22,908 nucleotides of DNA from Myxococcota bacterium (lineage in GTDB: Bacteria > Myxococcota > JACRCW01). Shown one piece after another: positions 6,890 to 15,438 of the stretch. The stretch's first letter is position 1; every line of letters begins with the position of its first letter. Location: NCBI GenBank assembly GCA_040752415.1, contig JBFMGU010000172.1, forward strand, positions 1-22,908. Reading direction: 5' to 3'. Made by a program: the position numbers and the translations under genes. The notes under the pieces were generated by a model. It was given only the letters and a program-made list of their open reading frames with translations. It was not told the DNA's origin and searched no databases.

Positions 6890-8202
6890 AACGAAACGCG
6901 GCGATGTCCTCCCTGCTCCTGGGCGCGATGCTCGTCGCGGCGGGGTGGGCGTGGCCGCGTTACGGCGGCGGCCTGGTGGTGGAGGTCCCCGGCCCCGTCA
7001 CCACGCATGACCCCGCGCAAGCCAGCTCCCTCCCCGACGTGCTGGCAGCTTCCCTCACGCATCGACCGCTGCTGGTGTCGTCGGAGGGGCAGCTGGTGCC
7101 GGACCTGCTGGCCGCGGTGCCGCAGGGCGACGGCACGGGCAAGACCTTCCTGCTGCGCCTCCGTCCGGAGCTGCGTTTCGCCGACGGAACCAGCCTGGAC
7201 GCCGCCGCGCTCAAGGGCAGCCTGGTGCGCCTGCTGGCCCAGACCAACGTGGCCGCGGCGCGCGTGGTGACGGCGGGAATGGCGCCGGAGCGCCTGGAAG
7301 TCCTCGACGAGCAGACCCTGCAGGTCACCCTGGATCCGCCGGACCGCGCGTTCCCGTATCGACTCGCGTTGCTGGCCGCGTCGCCGCGGAGCGCGTCCGG
7401 TTTTGGCGCGGGTCCCTTCTTCCACGAACCCGGCGGCGGCGGTGACGCCGTGGTGGGGGCGAACCTCTGGGACGTGGAAGGTCGACCGTTCCTGGACCGC
7501 GTGGTGTTGCGCGCGGCGCGTTCCCGTCGGGAAAGCCGGTTGGCGGCGCTGCAGGGCGAGCTGGACGTGCGCTGCGGCGTGGATGGACTGGGGCGGGGGA
7601 ACCTTCCCGTCGTCACCGAGCGGGCCCTGGTGTTGCGCGCGGCCCCGGAGCTGGCGGAGCGCGAGGTGTGGCTGCAGATGCTGGCCTCCCGCGAGGGGCT
7701 GCTCTCCCTGCGGGAGGCGCTGGGGGCGCGGGTGATGAGCGGGGCACAGTTTGCCCGCGCGTTGCCGCGGCAGGCGGAGGTGCACCTGGCCGTCGACGAG
7801 GACAGCCCGGTGGCGCGACTGGTGGCGCAACGGCTCCAGCTCAATGCGCACGCGTTGGGGCGCGCCGTGGTGCTGGGCGCTGGCGAGGCGGGTGGCGTCG
7901 AGGAGCTGAGCCTGCACGAGGTGGTGGCGCCGCCGCTGGATACCTCGCTCACCGCCGCGCTGGCCTTGCCCCCCGACGAGGCCGCCGCGCTCACCAACGC
8001 TGTGGCCAAGGCGCCGGAGCAGGCGCGTGCGTTGGAGCTGGCCGCGGGCGTGGGGGTGCTGTTGCGGCAACCGGTGCGCTGCTCCGTGCCCGCGGCGGCC
8101 ACTATCGACGAGGGCAGCAGCCAGCTCACCTCCCGGCACATGCTGGTGGACGCGGTGGACCCGTTGGGGAACCTGACGCTGGAGCGCGCATGGTGGCGCT
8201 GA
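6886..8202 (+). CDS. ABC-type solute-binding protein, family 5 (OppA/DppA-like)
   Basis: Signal peptide followed by PRYGG; THDPAQA; GQLVPDLL; LRLRPELRFADGTSLDAAALKGSL (SBP_bac_5 signature); GAGPF; GRPFLDRVV. GTG 6886 overlaps the upstream TGA; alternative ATG at 6904. Confidence 0.8.
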   Translation: MKRNAAMSSLLLGAMLVAAGWAWPRYGGGLVVEVPGPVTTHDPAQASSLPDVLAASLTHRPLLVSSEGQLVPDLLAAVPQGDGTGKTFLLRLRPELRFADGTSLDAAALKGSLVRLLAQTNVAAARVVTAGMAPERLEVLDEQTLQVTLDPPDRAFPYRLALLAASPRSASGFGAGPFFHEPGGGGDAVVGANLWDVEGRPFLDRVVLRAARSRRESRLAALQGELDVRCGVDGLGRGNLPVVTERALVLRAAPELAEREVWLQMLASREGLLSLREALGARVMSGAQFARALPRQAEVHLAVDEDSPVARLVAQRLQLNAHALGRAVVLGAGEAGGVEELSLHEVVAPPLDTSLTAALALPPDEAAALTNAVAKAPEQARALELAAGVGVLLRQPVRCSVPAAATIDEGSSQLTSRHMLVDAVDPLGNLTLERAWWR

Positions 8203-9893
8203 AGCGCATCTTCCCCCTGGGCCTGCGCGGCCAGCTGGCGCTCATGTTCGGCCTGGTGGCCGCGGGGCCGGCGTTGCTGGCGGTGGTGCTGGCGAGCCTG
8301 GCGCTCTCCCGCGCGTATGAACGTGAGCACGAGGCGCGCGTGATTGCGCTGCGCACCGCGGTGGAACGCGAGGGCCTGGTGACGGCGGAACGCCTGGAGC
8401 GCGCCGGACGTGAGCTGGCCGACGGACCGCTGCTGGAAGCGCTCATCACCGGCAGTGTCGAGGAGCCCACGAGCTCCGACGCGCCCGACCCGCGCGAGAC
8501 GCTGGAAGCGGTGCGGCGGACCAGCGGCCTGGAGCTGCTCACCGTGCAGGACGACCGCGGCGTCATCCTCTTCAGCGCGCACCTTCCCGCGCGCACCGGC
8601 GAGCTCACCACGCCCATCCTGCCCGGCGGTCCGCGCCTGGGCCTGGTGACGATTTCCGACGGAAACCGGCTGCGCGACGTGCCGGCGATGTTGTGGGCGC
8701 GTCGGGTGGACCTGCGTGGTTACGGCGTGACCGTGGAAGTGGGCGCGCGCCTGGATGCGCCGTTCGTGGCCCGCATCACCGACGAACCCGAAGCGCGCAT
8801 CTGGATCCTGGGCGCCGGTGCGCTCTCTCCCAGGGTGACCTCCGGCAAGAAGCCTCCCGCCGACGGAGAAGCCATGGACGTGGCCAGCGTGAGCCTGCAG
8901 GGGCCGGACATCCGCTTTGGCGTGGCGCTGGGTGGTGCCCGCATCGACGAGGCGAAGACGACGTTGTGGCGCATCACCGTGTTTGCCGCGTTGCTCCTGG
9001 TCCTCTTGTCCGCGGCCATGGGTGCGGCGCTGGCTCGTCGGGTGAGCCAACCGCTGCTGGACCTGCAGGACGCGACGGTGCGCTTTGGTCACGGTGAGAG
9101 CACACGTGCGCCGGTGGGCGGGCCGCCGGAGGTGCGGGCGCTGGGCGCGGCGTTCAACCAGATGGTCCAGGACGTCGACGAGGCGCGCAGCCGGGCGCTG
9201 CAGGCGGAGCGCGTGGCGGCGTGGCAACAGATTGCGCGACGCATGGCGCACGAGATCAAGAACCCGCTGTTCCCCATCCAGACCTCGGTGGAGACGCTCA
9301 TCAAGGCGCGCGAGCGGCACAGCCCGCAGGAGCCGGAGATCTTCGAGGAGACCACGCGCACGATCCTCGAGGAGGTGACGCGGCTCTCACGCATCGTGAC
9401 CGAGTTCAGCTCGTTCGCGCGCATGCCGGAGGCCGTTCCCGTCGACGTGGACCTCATGGAGGTGGCGCACAACGTGGTGAGCCTCATGGGCAACTCGCAC
9501 CTGGGCCAGCTCAGCCTGGACGGACCGGAGCGGGCCGAGGTGCGCGCCGACAAGGACCAGCTCCACCGGCTGCTGGTGAACCTGGTGAAGAACGCGCAGG
9601 AGGCGGTGGCGGCCCAGGGGACCGAAGGCAGGGTGCAGGTGCGGGTGCAGGAGGGCGCGCAGCACGTCTCCTTCGACGTGGTCGACAACGGGCCGGGCAT
9701 CCCGCTGGAGGTCCAGCAGCGGCTCTTCACGCCGTACGTCACCACCAAGCCCGACGGCACCGGCCTGGGCCTGGCGCTGGTGCACCGCATTGCCATGGAC
9801 CACCACGCCGACATCCAGGTGGACACTGGCGCCCGTGGCACCACGTTCCGCATCCACTGGCCCAAGCCGCAGGCGGCACCCTTGCCCGCGTGA
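8190..9893 (+). CDS. Membrane sensor histidine kinase with HAMP domain (NtrY-like)
   Basis: Two TM segments flank a periplasmic domain. HAMP (EVRALGAAFNQM), H-box AWQQIARRMAHEIKNPL, N-box NLVKNAQEA, G-boxes DNGPGI / FTPYVTTKPDGTGLGL. ATG 8190 overlaps the end of the SBP gene. Confidence 0.93.
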   Translation: MVALKRIFPLGLRGQLALMFGLVAAGPALLAVVLASLALSRAYEREHEARVIALRTAVEREGLVTAERLERAGRELADGPLLEALITGSVEEPTSSDAPDPRETLEAVRRTSGLELLTVQDDRGVILFSAHLPARTGELTTPILPGGPRLGLVTISDGNRLRDVPAMLWARRVDLRGYGVTVEVGARLDAPFVARITDEPEARIWILGAGALSPRVTSGKKPPADGEAMDVASVSLQGPDIRFGVALGGARIDEAKTTLWRITVFAALLLVLLSAAMGAALARRVSQPLLDLQDATVRFGHGESTRAPVGGPPEVRALGAAFNQMVQDVDEARSRALQAERVAAWQQIARRMAHEIKNPLFPIQTSVETLIKARERHSPQEPEIFEETTRTILEEVTRLSRIVTEFSSFARMPEAVPVDVDLMEVAHNVVSLMGNSHLGQLSLDGPERAEVRADKDQLHRLLVNLVKNAQEAVAAQGTEGRVQVRVQEGAQHVSFDVVDNGPGIPLEVQQRLFTPYVTTKPDGTGLGLALVHRIAMDHHADIQVDTGARGTTFRIHWPKPQAAPLPA

Positions 9894-9972
9894 CCGGTGG
9901 CGGCCGGGGCCAACCCCCGTTAAGGGCATGAACACCGACGCCAGCTGGAGCGTCGACCTCACGAGGTGGAGC

Positions 9973-10842
9973 ATGGGACGGAAGCTGGCGGTGGCGGGTG
10001 CGGCGTTGGTGGTGCTGGTGTGCTCCGGTGCCGCCGTCTCCCGACGCTACGCCGACATGACCGACGAGGAGGTCAGCCAGGCCATTGCGCGCGCGCAGTC
10101 GATTCCGTCGGTGGGGGAGCGCGTGCAGGCGGTGAGCGAGGGCTTCCTGGGTACGCCGTACCTGCTCGGCAACATGGGTGAGGGCCCGGATGGCGACGGG
10201 CGCGACAAGGATCCCCGCTACAACGTGAAGTCCATGGACTGCACCACCATGGTGGAGCACGCGCTGGCCTTTGCGCTCAGCGACAGCCTCCCCGCCGCGC
10301 GCCAGCGCCTGGACCAGATCCGCTACACGACGGGGAAGGTGGGGTACGGGACCCGTCGTCATTGGCCGGAGGCGCAGTGGGTGCGCGGCCTGGTGGAAGA
10401 GGGTTACCTGCAGGACGTGACGAGTGAGGTGGCGGGCAAGGCGGTTCCCGTCGAGACGGCCAGCGTGACCATTGATCCCGCGCTGTTCAAGAAGAGCGTG
10501 CACGCGCAGAGCATGCCGCTCACCGACGAGGAAGTGCCGCGCGGCACCTTCAGTGTGCCGTTCATTCCCATGGAGCGCCTCCCCGACGTGCTCACGCGGT
10601 TGGAGCCGGGGTTGGTCATCAACATCGTCAAGGCGCCCAAGGAAGGGCTGCTGGTGCGCATCAGTCACCAGGGGCTGGTGGTGAAGAAGGACGGCAAGGT
10701 GTTCATCCGCCACGCCAGCAGCGTGGGACAGAAGGCCGTCATCGACGAGGCCGTGCCGGATTTCCTGGAGCGCCAACGCAAGGCCAAGTCCTGGCCCACG
10801 GTGGGTTTCCAGTTCCTGCGTCCCAAGGCGCCGACGCGCTGA
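9973..10842 (+). CDS. DUF1460 / AmiA-like NlpC/P60-superfamily N-acetylmuramoyl-L-alanine amidase-like protein, exported
   Basis: FLGTPY, MDCTTMVEHALA (catalytic Cys), IRY..G....TRRHW, ISHQGLV, IRHASS; signal peptide. ATG 9973 follows GAGGTGGAG; alternative ATG at 9928. Confidence 0.82.
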   Translation: MGRKLAVAGAALVVLVCSGAAVSRRYADMTDEEVSQAIARAQSIPSVGERVQAVSEGFLGTPYLLGNMGEGPDGDGRDKDPRYNVKSMDCTTMVEHALAFALSDSLPAARQRLDQIRYTTGKVGYGTRRHWPEAQWVRGLVEEGYLQDVTSEVAGKAVPVETASVTIDPALFKKSVHAQSMPLTDEEVPRGTFSVPFIPMERLPDVLTRLEPGLVINIVKAPKEGLLVRISHQGLVVKKDGKVFIRHASSVGQKAVIDEAVPDFLERQRKAKSWPTVGFQFLRPKAPTR

Positions 10843-10902
10843 AAGCACCAGCACATCGACGGATGCCGAAAACACGTTGGGGTGTTGGAGGCTTGAGGGA
10901 CC

Positions 10903-11505
10903 ATGAGCGCACGGATGGTGGTGTTTGGCTTCGAGGCGTTCGGAGAGGAGCGCATCAATCCGTCCGAGGTGGCGGTGCGCGCGCTGCATGGTCGGACGCT
11001 GGGCGGCGTGGAGCTGGTGGGCTCCGTGCTGCCGGTGACCTACGCGAACGCGTTCTCGACGCTGCGTCCCGTCCTTGACGCCGTGCGACCGGTGGCGGTG
11101 ATGGGCGTGGGGCAGGGCGGGGAGCGCTTCCAGGTGGAGAGCCAGGCGCGCAACGTGGTGGGCGGCAAGCCGGACAACCAGGGGCGCTCCGTTGGGGGCC
11201 AGGTGCAGGAGGGCGGACGCGACGTCATCCCCGTCACCGCCGATGCCGCTGCCCTCGTCGACACCCTGCAGGGCGTGTTGGCCGACGCGGGCAGCACGCT
11301 GGCGGGTTTGCTGAGCCAGGATGCGGGCAGCTACCTGTGCAATCACACGCTCTACCACGTGCTGACCTGGGCCGACGGGCGGATGCCCTGTGCCTTCGTC
11401 CACGTCCCCAAGCTGAAGGTGGCCGAGCAGGCGCTCATCAATCGCGTCGTGGAGGCGGTTGCGGGCGCCATGGTCCTGCAGACCCGTCGTGCCATTGTGG
11501 CGTGA
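10903..11505 (+). CDS. pcp: Pyroglutamyl-peptidase I (peptidase C15)
   Basis: GFEAFGEERINPS, LPVTY, E..ARN, SQDAGSYLCNHTLY and FVHVP give the Glu-Cys-His triad motifs. RBS GAGGG. Confidence 0.9.
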   Translation: MSARMVVFGFEAFGEERINPSEVAVRALHGRTLGGVELVGSVLPVTYANAFSTLRPVLDAVRPVAVMGVGQGGERFQVESQARNVVGGKPDNQGRSVGGQVQEGGRDVIPVTADAAALVDTLQGVLADAGSTLAGLLSQDAGSYLCNHTLYHVLTWADGRMPCAFVHVPKLKVAEQALINRVVEAVAGAMVLQTRRAIVA

Positions 11506-11512
11506 GGCCCGC

Positions 11513-13380
11513 ATGCGCGTGGTCCTGCTCGTCGTGTGCCTGGTTGTGGCGTGCGGTGAGCGCGCGGACACTCCCGACGCGTCGTCGAGGGTGACGCCGG
11601 ATGCGGGTGTCGTCGTCGACAACGGGTGCAGCGAGAATGGCACCATGGACTGGGTGCATGCGCTGCGCGCTCCGACGGAACCCGGAGTCAGCAAGCTGGT
11701 GGCGCCGGGCGTTTCCCTCGCCGAGCTGCTGGCGGGGCTTGAGAACAACGCCACCGCACAGGCGCTGCTCACCCGGGCACGCGCGCGTGCCGACGAGCCG
11801 GTGACGACGCTGCCGCCGGGAGACTCCTCCTCGTTCCAGGCCGTGGCGTCCCGCGCATTGGCCGCCGCGGTGGTGGCCTGGGTGGATGACGACGTGGAAA
11901 TGGCGCGTCGCAGCGCCGCACACCTGACGGCGGCGGGCGTGAACGAAGCGTGGGTCGAGCAGGCGCAGGAGGTGCCCATCCGCGTGGGCGGTGGCATGGT
12001 GGCCGCGGCCGGTGCGGTGGACCTGCTGCGCGCCTCCGCGCTCCTTCCCGACGACGAACTGACGGCCGCGGTGGGCTCCCTGGCGAAGACCGCGCGCGCA
12101 CTGGATGGGTGGTCGCGCGACCTGGGGGGCCTCTTCCTCAGCAGCACACGGAACAACCACAACCTCCGCCACGCCGCCGGGCTCGCCGCCGCTGCGCTGG
12201 TGACGTCGTCCGAGGAGATTCCCGACGAGGTGCTCTCCTTCGCGCTGGGTGAGCTCACCACCACGCTGCACCAGGACGTCTCCGGGCCCCGCCAGGGCTA
12301 CAACGAGGGCGCCACGTACTTCGCGTATGCGTTCGAGCTGGCGGCGCCGGTGTGGCATGCGCTGGACGTGGCGTGGTCCCTCCCGGCGGAAGGCTGTGTG
12401 TGGTGTCCCGGTTACATCTCCTCCTGCGCGGAGAGCGTGGTCACCGTGCCGCGTCCCGGAAATGACGACGTGCTCACGGACGTGCTGCGTTGGGGCGCCT
12501 CGCTGGAGACCGCCGGCGGCTGGTTGGCGACGATGGATGACAGTCGTCTCAGCGGTGTGCCCGGTCCGCTGCTCGACCGCCTTCTCGGCGCACACGTGTT
12601 CCATTCCTGGCGCCACGACGGCCCCGAGGGCAGCCTCAGCGGCGCGGTGGAGATGACGCCGTGGTTGGCGCTGGAGCTGGCCCGGCCGCGTCCCCCGACG
12701 GAGAGCGTGGAACGGACGTGGGTGGAAGGCGGAACGGCGCGGTTGGATCTGTCCGGGGCGCAGGCGTTTCTCGTCGCGGAGCATGGGCAGGCGCAGCGCG
12801 GTGGCGGTCACGAGCGGCCCGATCCGCTCTCCGTGGTGCTCGCTGTCGACGGGCGGTTGATGCTCGGCGCTTCCGGTTACGGCTCCTTTGACACGCGCGC
12901 CGCGTTCTCCCGCGCGGATTCCGCGAGCACCATCACCGTGGACGGCCGCCTTCCCGACGACGACGGGTTCCACGCGTACGGCCCGGAGGCGCAGCTCGCG
13001 GTGGTGGCGGGTGGCGTGGAGGGGAGCATGGTGATCAACGACGTCACCGTGCGCCGCACGCTGGGCACGGAAGGCGCGGCGCTCATCATCACCGACGAGA
13101 TCACCCTCACCGGTTCCCACGCGCTCAACTGGCACTGGCACCTGCGCGGCCAGGTGAACCCGACGCCTCCGGCGGATGCCGCCTGGCAATGTCGCGCGAC
13201 CACGTCACGTGCACGGCGCGCCAAGAGGGACCCGCTGCGCTTGCCACGGCGCAGCAGAGCGCGGCGCACCGCGACAGTTACAGCGTGGAAGAGTCTCACC
13301 CGGTGGTGCGTCAGACCGCGCCGCTGCAGGCCGGATCCTCGACGTGGATCACGCGTGTGGAGTGCGCGATGGCGCCGTGA
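11513..13380 (+). pseudogene. Heparinase II/III-like (alginate-lyase-type) lipoprotein with an apparent 1-bp frameshift near 13190
   Basis: Lipobox-like MRVVLLVVCLVVAC; NNHNLR; GYNEGATYFAYA; GGGHERPDPLS; GYGSF; STITVDG; WHWHL. After ...DAAWQ the called frame turns Arg-rich and runs into the convergent gene. The alternative frame (13189-13380) reads naturally and stops 3 nt before the TlpA stop. Could be a sequencing or assembly error. Confidence 0.6.
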
Positions 13381-13383
13381 GTG

Positions 13384-13950
13384 TCAGCCGTCCAGCGCCT
13401 GCAGCACCGCCTGGCGCATGACCTGCGGCTCCGTGTAGCCGAAGAACTGGCGGAGCACGCGACCATCACGCGAGATGAGCACACCCATTGGCAGGCTCAG
13501 GATGCGGTAGCGCTCACCCACGCCCTCGCTGTCAATGACGACGGGAAACGGCATGGGCTTGTCCTTCAGGAACTGCTGCACGCGTGCGGGGTCCTCCGGC
13601 TCACGGTTCACGCCCAGCACGGTGAATCCCCGGGGGGAAAGCTCCTTGTGCAGCTCGGACAGCTCGGGCAGCTCACGGAGACATGGACCGCACCACGTGG
13701 CCCAGAAGTCGACGAGCACCACCTGGCCCTTCAGGTTCTCCAGGCCCAGTCGCGCGGTCTTGTCCGGCGTGGGCAGCGAGAACATCGGAGCCGGGTCGCC
13801 CTCCGAGATGGGCGCCAGGTCCGCCTTGTTCCGCACCACGTCGAGCACGCCCAGGCCCAGCGCCACCGCGAGCACGGACGCAAACACACCGCCCGCAATC
13901 ATCTCGACCCGACGGGAAGGAGGAGGGATTTGCTCCGCGCTCTCTGCCAT
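13384..13950 (-). CDS. TlpA/ResA-family membrane-anchored thiol-disulfide oxidoreductase
   Basis: N-terminal TM anchor; GDPAPMFSL; LKGQVVLVDFWATWCGPCLRELP; YRILSLP..VLISRDG. Confidence 0.92.
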   Translation of the reverse strand: MAESAEQIPPPSRRVEMIAGGVFASVLAVALGLGVLDVVRNKADLAPISEGDPAPMFSLPTPDKTARLGLENLKGQVVLVDFWATWCGPCLRELPELSELHKELSPRGFTVLGVNREPEDPARVQQFLKDKPMPFPVVIDSEGVGERYRILSLPMGVLISRDGRVLRQFFGYTEPQVMRQAVLQALDG

Positions 13951-13994
13951 GGTGATGCTTGCTAGCGTTGGACCGCGCCCGACGCAAAGGCCCC

Positions 13995-14819
13995 ATGACG
14001 CGACTGCCCGTCCATCCCCAGGGTGAGGTGCTGTGCCAGACCGGGTCGCAGAGCTGCGCCGCGTGCTGCGGTCTCTTCAACTTCGCCGACCGTTCCCCCG
14101 AAGCGCTTCACCAACGCCTGCTCCGTCGGACACATGCGGTGCGGGAGGCGGGCTGGGAGATGATGGCGTTGCGCGAGGTGGCCGCGCGTCTCTCCACGGA
14201 AGAAGCACCCGCACTGCTCTTCAAGGCGGTGCGCACGTGTCCGCTGGCGGGGTACGTCGACGAGAACGCGCGTCGCGTGGGTTGCCTCATCCATCCGCTG
14301 CGCCACCCCACCGGCGAGGACCTGCGCGACCTGGGTGCATACGGCGACCGCAACATCTGTGCGGGTCACCTGTGCGCGCCGCATTCCTGGCTTGGCCCCG
14401 TCGAGCGGGCGTTGATCGAGTGTGCTCCGTCCTGGCGCGCGTACAGCATGGCGGTGGGAGAGAGTGGCTTCGTGAAGGCGCTGCTGGGCCACCTGGCGGC
14501 GCGTCGTGGCGGCGAGGTGCAGCTCAAGGATCTGGGCAGCGACGCGGTCCGTGCGGGTGCGGCAAAGGTGTTCGCGTTGTTTGATCACTGGGCCTTTGCC
14601 GACGAGGACCCGCGTCGCTTTGGCGGCTTCTCCTTTGCCGGTGACGACGCGTACACCCGCTCCGTTCCGTCGGTGGCGCGGTTCTCCGACCTGATGAGCC
14701 GTCACGAGGCGACGATGCTGGATTGCCTGGGCACCCTGGCGGAGACCGAGTCCCAGGCCGTTGCCGCCGTCACCGCCCTGCGCGAGGTGCTCCGGCCCTT
14801 GGATGATGCGCTCTCGTGA
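13995..14819 (+). CDS. Hypothetical Cys-cluster protein (possible Fe-S or Zn binding)
   Basis: LCQ....SCAACCGLFN, CPLAGY......GCLIHP and ICAGHLC. ATG 13995 is divergent from tlpA. Good codon bias. Confidence 0.7.
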   Translation: MTRLPVHPQGEVLCQTGSQSCAACCGLFNFADRSPEALHQRLLRRTHAVREAGWEMMALREVAARLSTEEAPALLFKAVRTCPLAGYVDENARRVGCLIHPLRHPTGEDLRDLGAYGDRNICAGHLCAPHSWLGPVERALIECAPSWRAYSMAVGESGFVKALLGHLAARRGGEVQLKDLGSDAVRAGAAKVFALFDHWAFADEDPRRFGGFSFAGDDAYTRSVPSVARFSDLMSRHEATMLDCLGTLAETESQAVAAVTALREVLRPLDDALS

Positions 14820-14832
14820 TAATGACAGCGCC

Positions 14833-15345
14833 ATGAGCAGCGCATTCGACCCCTACGCGGACCGCACGCTGAGTGACGCGGCGCGCAAGCTGATCACCTC
14901 GTTCATCGAGGAGGGAATCCCGTTCAACAAGTACCTGGGCATGAAGTGCACGGCGCTGCGTCCCGGGTTCGGTCGCCTGGAGCTCCCGCCCCGCGACCAG
15001 TTCACCGGCGACCCCTGGCGTCCCGCGCTTCACGGTGGCGTCATCTCCACGCTGGCCGACACCGTCGGGGGACTGGCGTGCTTCACGTTGATGACGTCGG
15101 ATGGCCGGTGCTCCACCATTGACCTGCGCGTGGACTACCTGCGCCCCGGCAAGGTCAACACCGCGCTGGCCGCCGAGGCCAACATCATCCGCTTCGGCAA
15201 CCGCGTGGCCGTCGCCAACGTGGTGGTCCTGCAGGACGAGGACCGCAACAGCCCCATTGCCATGGCCAAGGGCGTCTACAGCATCCGCCGCAAGCCCGTG
15301 GAAGGCACCACCAAGCCCCCCTGGGGCGAGGCCGACGAGGGCTGA
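14833..15345 (+). CDS. PaaI-family hotdog-fold thioesterase
   Basis: IPFNKYLGM, GDPWRPALHGGVISTLADTVGG, STIDLRVDYLRPG, GNRVAV. Confidence 0.9.
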   Translation: MSSAFDPYADRTLSDAARKLITSFIEEGIPFNKYLGMKCTALRPGFGRLELPPRDQFTGDPWRPALHGGVISTLADTVGGLACFTLMTSDGRCSTIDLRVDYLRPGKVNTALAAEANIIRFGNRVAVANVVVLQDEDRNSPIAMAKGVYSIRRKPVEGTTKPPWGEADEG

Positions 15346-15438
15346 CCCGCGATTTCCGGTTTGTCTGCCCGCCCAACGTCGGAGACGGATCTTTGACGGT
15401 GTGCGATAGCGTCCTTCATCTTGCTCCGGAGCCGGCAA

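Noticed and set aside
7668..8189. N-terminal extension of the 741-aa kinase ORF
   Set aside because: Gly/Ala/Arg-rich off-frame reading of the SBP gene. The kinase TM1 begins just after ATG 8190.
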